The notes under the pieces were generated by a model. That model saw nothing but the letters and a program-made list of their open reading frames with translations, was not told the origin of the DNA and did no database searches. From a virus (taxonomy: Duplodnaviria > Caudoviricetes), in the IMG/VR virus record IMGVR_UViG_3300027747_002427: DNA of 64,000 nt, one strand, 5' to 3'. This document shows, in pieces, positions 10,136 to 19,141 of the stretch (position 1 is its first letter; each line of letters begins with the position of its first letter). The translations under genes were made by a program, and so were the position numbers.

Positions 10136-11236
10136 ATGGAGCCAATCAAGGGTATACATTTAGGATTAGTAGTTAGTAGTTCTCCGGATCCAGAAGGAAG
10201 AAATAGAGTTCAAGTATGGGTACCACATTTATCCAATACACTTTATGGACCTTTAAATCAAAAATTAAAAGATGTAAAATTTAAAGGCCCAGAAGATTTA
10301 AATACTATAGACAAAGACATTTTAATTACTTTACAAACCACATTGCCTTGGGCAGAATATGGAGCACCTTTATTTGGAGGTTCTAGCGGAGCTTTTAACA
10401 CTGCTACCGGACAAACAGCAGTCAATAGTGGTTCTACTTTTCAAGGCAGTGGTAATGCTGCTCCTTTTTTGCCTACAGCTTCTGCAAATATGAAGACAGA
10501 TGGTACTAAACCAGCTACGCCTTCTGCTGGAGTTATTACAGCATCAAGAACCCAACCCACTCTCACCCAAAGAGGTATTAGTTTTGCCTCTGGAATTATA
10601 AATTTGGCTTTACCAGATGGTACAACGAAACAATATCCTTTTAATAATGGCGGTGGTGGAGCGGGTGCAATACCTGCTGGGAATTACACAATTTCAAATC
10701 CTCAAATAAGAAATACACCAGGGATGGTTGTAGATGGAGTAGGTTATTCTTTTAATTTAAGTGATATTTATGATCCAGCAGCCGGTCGTAATAGAACTGA
10801 ACTTCGTATACATCCAGATGGAGGGGCTACAGGAACCGCTGGATGTATTGGTATTGTAGGTGATGGTAATACTCAATCTCAATTTTATAAAGATTTAAAT
10901 TCCGTTTTAGCAGCTAATGGTGGTGTTTATAATTTAAACATAGTAAATGATCTTCCGGGAGATGGAACTGGTAAAATTAATGATCCGGATCCTACAAAAC
11001 CAAGTGTTTCTACTGGTAGTACATCTGGAGCAAAAGGTGTAGTATATCCAGATAGATCTGCTGCTGTAGGTTGTGTTCCAAGTAATGTAGGTACACCGGG
11101 ATCTCCTGTAGGAACTTTTTCTACTCCTAATGGTGGAACAAAAGTTTGGGTGTTCTTCATGGGCGGCGATGCTCAGAGACCAGTTTATTTTGCTCAGTCC
11201 CCTAATCCAGGAGATGTAAATGCTTTACGCGGTTAA
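10136..11236 (+). CDS. gp5-type OB-fold baseplate protein with inserted Tlde1/DUF2778-like L,D-transpeptidase-fold domain
   Basis: OB halves HLGLVVSSSPDPEGRNRVQVW..LPWA and GTFSTPNGGTKVWVFFMGGDAQRPVYF flank AIPAGNYTI...RTELRIH226PDGGATGTAGC237IGI. Confidence 0.8.
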   Translation: MEPIKGIHLGLVVSSSPDPEGRNRVQVWVPHLSNTLYGPLNQKLKDVKFKGPEDLNTIDKDILITLQTTLPWAEYGAPLFGGSSGAFNTATGQTAVNSGSTFQGSGNAAPFLPTASANMKTDGTKPATPSAGVITASRTQPTLTQRGISFASGIINLALPDGTTKQYPFNNGGGGAGAIPAGNYTISNPQIRNTPGMVVDGVGYSFNLSDIYDPAAGRNRTELRIHPDGGATGTAGCIGIVGDGNTQSQFYKDLNSVLAANGGVYNLNIVNDLPGDGTGKINDPDPTKPSVSTGSTSGAKGVVYPDRSAAVGCVPSNVGTPGSPVGTFSTPNGGTKVWVFFMGGDAQRPVYFAQSPNPGDVNALRG

Positions 11237-11238
11237 AA

Positions 11239-12489
11239 ATGGAACCTGATTACGACATACATTTAGGTTTAGTAGTTAGTAGTTCTCCAGATCCTGAAGG
11301 AAGAAATAGAGTTCAAGTTTGGATTCCTTATTTGTCTAACACGCTTTATGGACCTTTAAATCAAAAATTAAAAGACGTGCATTTTAAAGGACCAGAAGAT
11401 TTAAATAATATAGATAAAGATATTTTAACTATATTACAAACCACATTACCTTGGGCAGAATGCGCCGCTCCTTTGTTCGGTGGTTCTAGTGGAGCTTTTA
11501 ACACTGCTACCGGGCAAACAGCAGTCAATAGTGGTTCAACAGTTCAAGGTAGTGGTAATGCTGTTCCGTCTTTACCTACTGCAACACCAAATATGAATGT
11601 CACCGGGATCAAACCAGATAATATTAATGGTTCTTACGGAAATGCTAGTAGTCTTGGTCTTCCTTCTGGTTGGAATAAAGAATCTGCTTATGATAAACAA
11701 GGTAGACTTGCTACAAAAGGTAATACATTACAATTTATATCAGCTCAAGAGTTGCACAATATAAATTTAAATGCAGCACAAAATGGAGGTCTAGCAGGTT
11801 TAGCTGCTCCGAAAGATTCTAGTTATTTTACACCAGGTACAACAACAACTGCTGCTCAATGGGCAAATTATATGGATGCTATAGCTTTGCATGAAAACGT
11901 CGGTCTTGGAGGAGGTAAGGGAGGAGGTACATACTCTTCAGTAAATGGTTATATACCAATTAATGTAACATATAATGAAGGTTATAAAAACAATGGACCG
12001 ATACATTGGTCTGAAGGTATATATCAAATGACTGTAGGGGAAAATGGATTGAATAGTGATAACATTTATGATCCAAATGCTCAGGCAGCAGCTTTTACAC
12101 AAAGAGCACGAGATTTTGCAGTTATAGCAGGTGCTAAAAAAGGAGATTGGTCAATAGGTGATAGTGGTATTGCTGCTTATGGATGGAACAGGGCTGCAAA
12201 TGATGTAGCAGCAGCAAATGGTAATAATTCTAATGATTTATTAAATAATGTTTCTTTGCCTCAAGGTGCACAAAGTAATGGAACCCGACCAATAACTTAT
12301 ACGGATAAATCAGCAGCAGTAGGTTGTCAACCCAGCAATGTAGGTGCACCTGGTGCTCCTGTAGGAACCTTTTCTATCCCAAATGGTGGAACAAAAGTTT
12401 GGGTATTCTTTATGGGTGGAGATATACAAAAGCCGGTTTATTTTGCTCAAGCCCCAAATCCCGGGGATATAAATGCCCTACGAGGTTAA
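11239..12489 (+). CDS. gp5-type OB-fold baseplate protein with inserted lysozyme-like/SLT domain
   Basis: Same OB halves as the upstream paralog; insert WANYMDAIALHE219...SEGIYQM...NIYDPNAQAAA fits lytic transglycosylase motifs I-III. Confidence 0.75.
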   Translation: MEPDYDIHLGLVVSSSPDPEGRNRVQVWIPYLSNTLYGPLNQKLKDVHFKGPEDLNNIDKDILTILQTTLPWAECAAPLFGGSSGAFNTATGQTAVNSGSTVQGSGNAVPSLPTATPNMNVTGIKPDNINGSYGNASSLGLPSGWNKESAYDKQGRLATKGNTLQFISAQELHNINLNAAQNGGLAGLAAPKDSSYFTPGTTTTAAQWANYMDAIALHENVGLGGGKGGGTYSSVNGYIPINVTYNEGYKNNGPIHWSEGIYQMTVGENGLNSDNIYDPNAQAAAFTQRARDFAVIAGAKKGDWSIGDSGIAAYGWNRAANDVAAANGNNSNDLLNNVSLPQGAQSNGTRPITYTDKSAAVGCQPSNVGAPGAPVGTFSIPNGGTKVWVFFMGGDIQKPVYFAQAPNPGDINALRG

Positions 12490-12503
12490 TTATAATTAAA
12501 TAT

Positions 12504-14540
12504 ATGCCAAAACCAATAGATTATACAAAAAATAAAGAATCTCAAGTACACCATACATCTGGAAGATATAGTGGTATACAATTTGTAGATAATAAACAGG
12601 TAGATCCTAATGGTTCTCAAAGTCCTAAAGATAAATCATTTTCTTATTGGGGTAATTCTTGGAACACTTTTACTAAAATATTTACAGGCAATATTTTTTC
12701 TAATGCTCCCGGAAATATTAGTTTAAATGCCGGGGAAGAAGTGCATATTACTGCTCATAATAAACAAGAAACTACTTCTGGTGGTAGTGCAGTTTATAAT
12801 AAAGGCGAAACAGTTCATAATCATGGAGAGATGACTGATGAAGATAAAGCCAAGATGAAAGAATATCAAGGTTATCTAGATCAGATAACTCAAAAAGCAC
12901 AAGATGCAATAAAAAATACTGCTGCAGAAAAAGTAACTTGTCCTAATTGTGCTCAAATGCATCTAATAGATGATAAAAGCGATCAATGGGTTATTATTTT
13001 AGATTATATAAGAAGAATAGTAGATAACTTTCCTTATCTTACTTTTCCTTTTGCGGTTTTAAGAACTTTAATTATGAAAGTTTATGTTCCTCTTTTAGGA
13101 CAAAAAACTAATTTAGGCCTTAATGGAGGGGAAGGGTGTGGACCAGGATGTAAAAGTGGAGAAAAGGATGGGATGTCTTTAAAAATGCAGGCCGGTGAAA
13201 AAGCTGTAAAAGATGAAATGGAAAAATTATCTGATAAGATGAACAAATTAACAATAGCTATGAAAAATTCTTCAGCTACTGCTAAAGTTCATAAAGATAG
13301 TGAAATACATATATATGGTGATCCTACAGCTGGTCCTCCTAAAACAAAACCTTATGTGACCCCAGGACCACATCATTCTTTGCCTATGAATTTGAGAGTA
13401 TCAGATTCTTGGAGAAATAAATTAAGAGTATCAACAGAAGGTAATTGTAAAGTAGTAGTTTATCAACCACCATTACATTCTCCATTTGGTAATCTAATGA
13501 TGCAAGTTCAAAATAATTTAAAAATTACTACAGGTAATGCTGGCATGGATCTTATGTCTACCGGGGAAATAGCTGTAAAGGGTGGATCTGTGCACGTCAA
13601 TGCATCAGAAGGAGAACTTTCTATTACATCTAAAAACCTTACAACTATAGGTGGTGGTAATGTTTTAATAGCTGCAGATAATAAATCTGGTGATACAGGA
13701 GTATGTATAGATGCTAAACACACATATGTGAGAGGTGCTTTTAATGTTAATGGTGATGCAGCTGTGCTCGGTGCTCTTACATTAGACGGGCCTCTATCAG
13801 TTCCTTATATTAATTGTCCTACTATGGCAGCTCCTACTACTTTAAACGGATCTTCTAAATACGCAAATCATCATGCAAATTGGGAAGAATTTGGGGCAGC
13901 TTTAAATGCTCTCAATTTTGAAACAGATTTAATAACAAAATTTTTATTCCAACCTAGTTTACTATTAACTGGATCTGGATTAACTGAAATTATTATGGAA
14001 GCTTATAATTTAATTATGATGGCTATATTTATAGAAATACTTCCTACTGGAATATTCATAGGAGCCGGAGTAGGGCTTGGTGCTTGTGCTGTTGCTGGAT
14101 TAGTTTGGAATTTTACTCATAACCATACCCAGGCTCCTCAAGATCATACTCATGAAGTTGCCGTTCCTAAGGGAGGATCTTGGAAAACATTAGCTGGTGC
14201 CGGTCAACAAAGAGCTGCTGGTAATCCAGCCCCAACAGTTGCTCCTACAAGTGGTACGTGGCCTTCTCCGGGACCTAGAGCACTGGGTGGTGGTTGTGGT
14301 GGTGGTGGATTGTTTAAAAAGGCTCGCAATCAAAATTATGGTATTGATAGTGAAGACGCTTTCAATGGTGGTAACTATGTCAATACAACTGTTGTGAGAA
14401 ATCCAGACGGGTCTATATACCCTCCACCAGATTTAACCTATCGTGTTGTTAATGACACGGGACCAGCTCCAAAGATTGATCCGGTTACTGGTAAGGTTAT
14501 TATTCCAGATACTACACCTGTAAATGTAGCTTGTGATTAA
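12504..14540 (+). CDS. Central spike protein (gp5 C-terminal / gp138-like beta-helix with HxH apex motifs)
   Basis: Start revised from 12324 to MPKPID (12504). Beta-helix repeats LKITTGNAGMDLMSTGEIAVKGGSVHVNASEGELSIT...; THNHTQAPQDHTHEV. Confidence 0.75.
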   Translation: MPKPIDYTKNKESQVHHTSGRYSGIQFVDNKQVDPNGSQSPKDKSFSYWGNSWNTFTKIFTGNIFSNAPGNISLNAGEEVHITAHNKQETTSGGSAVYNKGETVHNHGEMTDEDKAKMKEYQGYLDQITQKAQDAIKNTAAEKVTCPNCAQMHLIDDKSDQWVIILDYIRRIVDNFPYLTFPFAVLRTLIMKVYVPLLGQKTNLGLNGGEGCGPGCKSGEKDGMSLKMQAGEKAVKDEMEKLSDKMNKLTIAMKNSSATAKVHKDSEIHIYGDPTAGPPKTKPYVTPGPHHSLPMNLRVSDSWRNKLRVSTEGNCKVVVYQPPLHSPFGNLMMQVQNNLKITTGNAGMDLMSTGEIAVKGGSVHVNASEGELSITSKNLTTIGGGNVLIAADNKSGDTGVCIDAKHTYVRGAFNVNGDAAVLGALTLDGPLSVPYINCPTMAAPTTLNGSSKYANHHANWEEFGAALNALNFETDLITKFLFQPSLLLTGSGLTEIIMEAYNLIMMAIFIEILPTGIFIGAGVGLGACAVAGLVWNFTHNHTQAPQDHTHEVAVPKGGSWKTLAGAGQQRAAGNPAPTVAPTSGTWPSPGPRALGGGCGGGGLFKKARNQNYGIDSEDAFNGGNYVNTTVVRNPDGSIYPPPDLTYRVVNDTGPAPKIDPVTGKVIIPDTTPVNVACD

Positions 14541-15373
14541 GCATTAAATACTGGAGGTCCGTCTTTTAATGCTTGAATAAACGGAGGCAAATCATCTCCT
14601 ACTTCTATCTCTGCTGTTGTCTTTTTAATTACAAGAGGATACTTCAAAGTTTTTGATACGTAATCTTTTTGATCATAAAAATATTTTTTGAATATATTTT
14701 TCTGTCCACTTTTAGATATTTTTATATAAAAAGTATAAACATCGGGTATATCATACATTACCATAGTCCAACCTTTATTTAAATAATTGTCTTTTAAATA
14801 TTTTATAAAACTATCAGATTCTGCTTTAGTTGCATTGTTAAAACTATTTTTTACAAAGTCTACAACTTCTTGAGGTTTCAACATTTCTAAATTAATTGAA
14901 TTGCCTGGATCGCATGTAAATGTAGCTTTGACAATAGGATTCCCATCCGTGTCACATATATAATCGTTTATAACCTGGCATCCACCTGCATTAACTACTT
15001 CTGTATAAGCATTTATACGTGGTATAAAGGTATCATATGCATCTTTTAAAACTTTTCCTAAAGTTAATCTTTTGTCTCCTTGTTTTGCAAAGGTTTGAGG
15101 ATCTACTGGATATATAAAAGAATTATCCGCACTTGCTTTATATTCTGGAAAATCTATAGGATGATTTCTTACAAAGCCTCCCCAATTATCATTTCCAGCC
15201 ATATTAGCTAAATCAGCTAAAAATTGTTTGGCATTAAATTTTAATGAATCTCCTGTAACACTAGGCCAACTAGAAGTTAAACTATTAGGAAATTCTTGAT
15301 CTAATATTATATTAATATCTACACCATCAACTGTTTTAATAGATCCATCTGGATTTCTTGTAATGATTGCCAT
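14537..15373 (-). CDS. Hypothetical protein
   Basis: 278-aa ORF converging on the spike gene with a 4-nt overlap. Confidence 0.7.
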   Translation of the reverse strand: MAIITRNPDGSIKTVDGVDINIILDQEFPNSLTSSWPSVTGDSLKFNAKQFLADLANMAGNDNWGGFVRNHPIDFPEYKASADNSFIYPVDPQTFAKQGDKRLTLGKVLKDAYDTFIPRINAYTEVVNAGGCQVINDYICDTDGNPIVKATFTCDPGNSINLEMLKPQEVVDFVKNSFNNATKAESDSFIKYLKDNYLNKGWTMVMYDIPDVYTFYIKISKSGQKNIFKKYFYDQKDYVSKTLKYPLVIKKTTAEIEVGDDLPPFIQALKDGPPVFNA

Positions 15374-15382
15374 ATATCTTAA

Positions 15383-15784
15383 TTAGTCTAAAAAGTTATT
15401 TTGCTGCTGTTGAATGAAGAGGTTTTTCAAAAATTCCATAATAGCGTCTCTGTCCCTATGACTATTAAAATGTTGTATAACAACTCTTTCTCCGTCTACA
15501 TTATACCCCATTATCATAAAGGTATCTAAATACTCTGTAATAATACCCTTTAAAACTGTTAAGTCTCTAATAGAAACTTTAGTTTCAAAATCTTTTTCTT
15601 TAGACCATTTATCTAAACCTTTTTCTAATTCTGCATTATTAATTGCAGCAAAAAGATTATTTTTAATCTCTTCTAAAGATTTAGGTTCTCTAACTTGTAC
15701 TGAAACAGAAGAAAGAGAAGGAACTATCTCTAAAGACAGTTCCTTCTTTTTGATCTTTTTGCCTTTCTTATTAGGCTCCTGCAT
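15383..15784 (-). CDS. Hypothetical protein (start MQEPNK preferred)
   Basis: Operon-like packing; ATG at 15784 overlaps the upstream stop by 14 nt. Confidence 0.7.
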   Translation of the reverse strand: MQEPNKKGKKIKKKELSLEIVPSLSSVSVQVREPKSLEEIKNNLFAAINNAELEKGLDKWSKEKDFETKVSIRDLTVLKGIITEYLDTFMIMGYNVDGERVVIQHFNSHRDRDAIMEFLKNLFIQQQQNNFLD

Positions 15785-16094
15785 AAGTCGAGGACTTATT
15801 AGTAATACCAAACTTATTCAGGTACTCAATAATGACCTCGATAGAGCTAGTCTTAATCTTGAAACGCTCTGGAATGAATTGTCCTCCATCATGCATTTCA
15901 AAATACTCTTCTCCCATATCATTATGGTTATTGTAACACGTAATGAAGATGGATGCTACTTGCGGATCTACAATAACAGTCCAAGAGCGAGGATCTTGAA
16001 AACCAAATTCGCTAAAAAGCTTATCGGCTACATATCCACTATCTCTCAGTCTCTTAATGAAGTAACTGCATGTTGTTATTTTATTCTTTGCCAT
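15771..16094 (-). CDS. Hypothetical protein
   Basis: 107-aa ORF in the replication operon. Confidence 0.75.
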   Translation of the reverse strand: MAKNKITTCSYFIKRLRDSGYVADKLFSEFGFQDPRSWTVIVDPQVASIFITCYNNHNDMGEEYFEMHDGGQFIPERFKIKTSSIEVIIEYLNKFGITNKSSTYAGA

Positions 16095-16123
16095 ATGTTT
16101 TATTTTTACTTAATATGTTGTGT

Positions 16124-16879
16124 TTATTTTACTAGAGCTGAAACAATGTATTTCAATTCTACATCATCATCTTCCTTATTTTGAAAGATGAAAACTTTAT
16201 ACTGATTATTAATCTTTACTTTAATGTCAGTCTTGCAAGAAGCTAAATTCTTAAATACTTCTGTATTCACTGGAAGAGCTTCCGTAATGGCTTCTCCTTC
16301 CAAAGAGTTGGCTACAAGCAAAGTCATATTGTCTACGTTCTGTAACGTGCGATCATTAATTTCAGCGTATATCTTACCGTCCTTCGAGTAAAAATAGATC
16401 TTGGTAAGATCTGAGGCAAAGGCATAACCAGCCATAATTTGTCTTATTTTACTAGTGGTTAAAATAAACTCTGTATCAAATTTAAGTTGTACAATCTTTT
16501 CTAGATTAACTGGTGTCTCTCTAATAACACTATCATCAACTAAATGGTATTTGAAAAAGGTCTTTTCATTATCCGAAGACTTAATTTCACATTTAATATT
16601 ATTGATATTATATTCAATAGAAAACTCTCCATCATCTCCAAGACATTCTAGCCCTGATAATAATTTTTTAATGCTAATAAGGTTTAATCTTACCGACTCT
16701 TTTAATTCAAATGGTAAAGTAGCCTTAGCATAAAGAATAACTGTCTTATCTGCCGAAGAGCAAATAGAGTATAGATTACTCTTATCTGCCTTAAGGACAC
16801 AGCTTTCTGTGAGTCTATTAACTGGTTTAAGTATCTTCTCTAAGAAACTCTTAGGAAGAGGGATATGAATATCTGACAC
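16124..16879 (-). CDS. Sliding clamp (gp45-like)
   Basis: 251 aa, GTG start; two-domain beta-rich pattern, FFKYHLVDDSVI...FDTEFIL, C-terminal YIVSALVK; replication context. Confidence 0.7.
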   Translation of the reverse strand: MSDIHIPLPKSFLEKILKPVNRLTESCVLKADKSNLYSICSSADKTVILYAKATLPFELKESVRLNLISIKKLLSGLECLGDDGEFSIEYNINNIKCEIKSSDNEKTFFKYHLVDDSVIRETPVNLEKIVQLKFDTEFILTTSKIRQIMAGYAFASDLTKIYFYSKDGKIYAEINDRTLQNVDNMTLLVANSLEGEAITEALPVNTEVFKNLASCKTDIKVKINNQYKVFIFQNKEDDDVELKYIVSALVK

Positions 16880-16892
16880 TTAATTAGTCTTG

Positions 16893-17354
16893 TTAATTGT
16901 TTCTATTCTTTTCATTGAAGGTATTGAATACCTTCCCTAACATACCAGACATCTTAGTAAGAGTAGCATTAACTCTTTCTAACTGAGATCTGATAGCTAC
17001 CATATCTTCATTAGAAAATTTAACTGGTTCTTGTTGTACAACATTTACTGATCCTACTACTGGAGTAGCATTTAAAGGAGGTATAAATTGTCCTTGATCC
17101 GATGAATCTGGAACCTCTGATAATGCTTGTCTTTCTGCATCTTGAATAGCCCTCATCATGGCCGGGGACACTGGCGTCCCCGGCCCGGAAGAAGCTACCT
17201 GCTTACCTACAATAGGAGCAACAAACTTTTGCATATCAATTTTATTAGCTTGATTAATACTTTTTTCAACAGTCATACTATCAACACCATGAAGGTGTGA
17301 GCCAACCATTCTAGCTAACATTGCTGCTTCTAAAGCTTGTTGCTGTGGATTCAT
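16893..17354 (-). CDS. Hypothetical protein
   Basis: Starts 1 nt after the folE2 stop. Confidence 0.7.
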   Translation of the reverse strand: MNPQQQALEAAMLARMVGSHLHGVDSMTVEKSINQANKIDMQKFVAPIVGKQVASSGPGTPVSPAMMRAIQDAERQALSEVPDSSDQGQFIPPLNATPVVGSVNVVQQEPVKFSNEDMVAIRSQLERVNATLTKMSGMLGKVFNTFNEKNRNN

Positions 17355-17355
17355 A

Positions 17356-18201
17356 TTACTTTAAATCCCTACCTGCGTGAGTAACTGAGACTGCAATTGA
17401 AGAGTGAATAGACTCAAGGTGATTAACGATTACAAGGTAATCCTTAATACGACCATCTAAGTCCTTATCCAACTCAACTGCAACCTTACGAACCATATCT
17501 TCAACGAAGACTGGATTCTCATACATAAGCTCTGTCTGATAAGCCTCATCGACTCTCTTGAGAGCATTAACAATAGGTGCTGAACAGCTACGCTCAACTG
17601 CTGCTACAAGCTCTTCAAACCAATAAACGTCTTTACCTTCTGTACCAGTATGACTAAGCTCAACTGTTACATCTGCATAAGACTGCTGGTTATGAGCTCC
17701 ATAATCACTGATCTCCTTAGAGCAAGGGCAGAGAGAAGCGTAAAGAACATTGGCATGAAGATAAAACTTCTTCTCACCATTGATAAGACGACCCTCAAAA
17801 GAACCCTGATAGTCCATGTGAGACTTGACCTTAGAGACTGGAGCCTCCTTCATCATGAAGTAATCAAACTTGATCTTGATGTAAGCGTTCTGTGATTTCA
17901 GACGATTCTTACACTCATCAAGAAGGATATCCATAACCTCATCAATACGATGAGTCTTATTAGCGAGAACCTCCTCAACTAAGATACGATAGCGACTCAT
18001 ATTTGTACCCTTAACCTCTGGAGTGAGATCTGTGTACATACTAATGATTGCCTTAGTAGGGTTAATGGTTCCGTCTTGTCTAATGATCTCCATTGGAACT
18101 ACAATATTCCTAGAACCAACTTTAGGAATATACTTCTTAGGGAAACCATCCAGAGTATTTTGAATATCTGGAATGTCGTCGTTTGTCTTTATTCTTGGCA
18201 T
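17356..18201 (-). CDS. folE2: GTP cyclohydrolase type IB (FolE2/MptA family)
   Basis: PDIQ, SLCPCSKEISDYGAHNQ, NPVFVEDMVR, NHLESIH motifs; start revised to MPRIKT (18201). Confidence 0.92.
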   Translation of the reverse strand: MPRIKTNDDIPDIQNTLDGFPKKYIPKVGSRNIVVPMEIIRQDGTINPTKAIISMYTDLTPEVKGTNMSRYRILVEEVLANKTHRIDEVMDILLDECKNRLKSQNAYIKIKFDYFMMKEAPVSKVKSHMDYQGSFEGRLINGEKKFYLHANVLYASLCPCSKEISDYGAHNQQSYADVTVELSHTGTEGKDVYWFEELVAAVERSCSAPIVNALKRVDEAYQTELMYENPVFVEDMVRKVAVELDKDLDGRIKDYLVIVNHLESIHSSIAVSVTHAGRDLK

Positions 18202-18229
18202 AATTTTATTTGTTTGTTGTTTAATTGAA

Positions 18230-19093
18230 TTACAGATCTTTGAGAATATCTTGGATACGATCATTTTGATCTGATAGGACTTCGTTATTATCCTCTACAA
18301 CCGAAGAAGATGCAACTGACTTTGTTGTCGTAGGAACAACATAACTCTCTTCTTCTTCAACTGTGTTGGAAACTGGTGATACAATCTCTTCCTCACCAAG
18401 GAAGTGAGTCTTGAGGAGCTTGTTGATATCTTCAACACTCTTATGCTCCATGATGGAATCAAGAGGTTTGAAAGACTTATAAATCTCTTCGATGTCTGAA
18501 GCACCCTCTAAAGGAGCTGGAGATGTAAACTTAGAACTTACATAGGTAGGATAACCACCTTCATTCTGCTCAACCTTAATACGAAGATTGCATCCCTTCT
18601 CTGAAAGATCAAAGATTCTTGATCCGAGATCCTCTGCATCATCACCACTGATAGCATCTGTGATGATCTTAGCAAGCTGCTTGCCATAACGGAGAATCTT
18701 AACTTGACCCTGATTCTCTGGATTAGTTGGATCTTTAATAACGTAAACATTGGCGAGCCAATTCTCATTACGCTTGATTGGAGCAATGCGCTTGATCTCA
18801 GCTTCATTGTTGGTGCGATAGATCTTAGAGCGATACTCATCGATTGGGCAACGCTCTCCGTATGTCGTAGGACAAAGAGTTGAGACGAGTTGGTTAGTAA
18901 CCACACTCTTCCAGAGATGATGGTAGTAGTGATAAAGCGTACGCTCTGGTGCTTCGATGTTAGGAATAAGGCGAACCAAATAGGTATTGCCAATTTCCAA
19001 TTTCATAAAGTCTCTGAAACCACTTTCTGCGGTTGAAGACTTCTTGTTAAGAGCCTCTTTGATAGACTCGAATAGGTTTGTGTTGTATTTCAT
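18230..19093 (-). CDS. Single-stranded DNA-binding protein (T4 gp32-like)
   Basis: YLVRLIPN...YYHHLW...CPTTYGERCPIDE...NVYVIKDPTNPENQGQVKILRYGKQL; acidic C-tail ending DILKDL. Confidence 0.9.
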   Translation of the reverse strand: MKYNTNLFESIKEALNKKSSTAESGFRDFMKLEIGNTYLVRLIPNIEAPERTLYHYYHHLWKSVVTNQLVSTLCPTTYGERCPIDEYRSKIYRTNNEAEIKRIAPIKRNENWLANVYVIKDPTNPENQGQVKILRYGKQLAKIITDAISGDDAEDLGSRIFDLSEKGCNLRIKVEQNEGGYPTYVSSKFTSPAPLEGASDIEEIYKSFKPLDSIMEHKSVEDINKLLKTHFLGEEEIVSPVSNTVEEEESYVVPTTTKSVASSSVVEDNNEVLSDQNDRIQDILKDL

Positions 19094-19141
19094 ATGTTTG
19101 TTTGTTTAGTTTGTATTTGTTTGTTTAATATTATATTGAGT
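19094..19141 (-). promoter_or_regulatory. G-free AAAC-repeat leader of gp32 (candidate autogenous translational operator)
   Basis: Minus strand ...ATATTAAACAAACAAATACAAACTAAACAAACAAACAT-ATG; 48 nt without G. Confidence 0.55.

Noticed and set aside
12324-12503. 60-codon N-terminal extension of the spike ORF
   Set aside because: Overlaps the conserved C-terminus of the second gp5 paralog in another frame; ATG 12504 follows its stop with TATAAT/TAAATA upstream.
1-14540. T6SS, tailocin or extracellular contractile injection system, suggested by VgrG-like hub/spike and a Tlde1-like effector
   Set aside because: Terminase, PolB, gp32/gp45/gp46/gp47/gp55 homologs and T4-like synteny show a replicating phage; no TssJLM/ClpV genes.
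15750-16184. 144-aa + strand ORF
   Set aside because: Antisense shadow of two minus-strand genes; no motifs.
17650-18993. Extra ORFs 17650-17895 (+), 18295-18504 (-), 18538-18993 (-)
   Set aside because: Alternate-frame by-products of the stop-poor codon bias in folE2/gp32.
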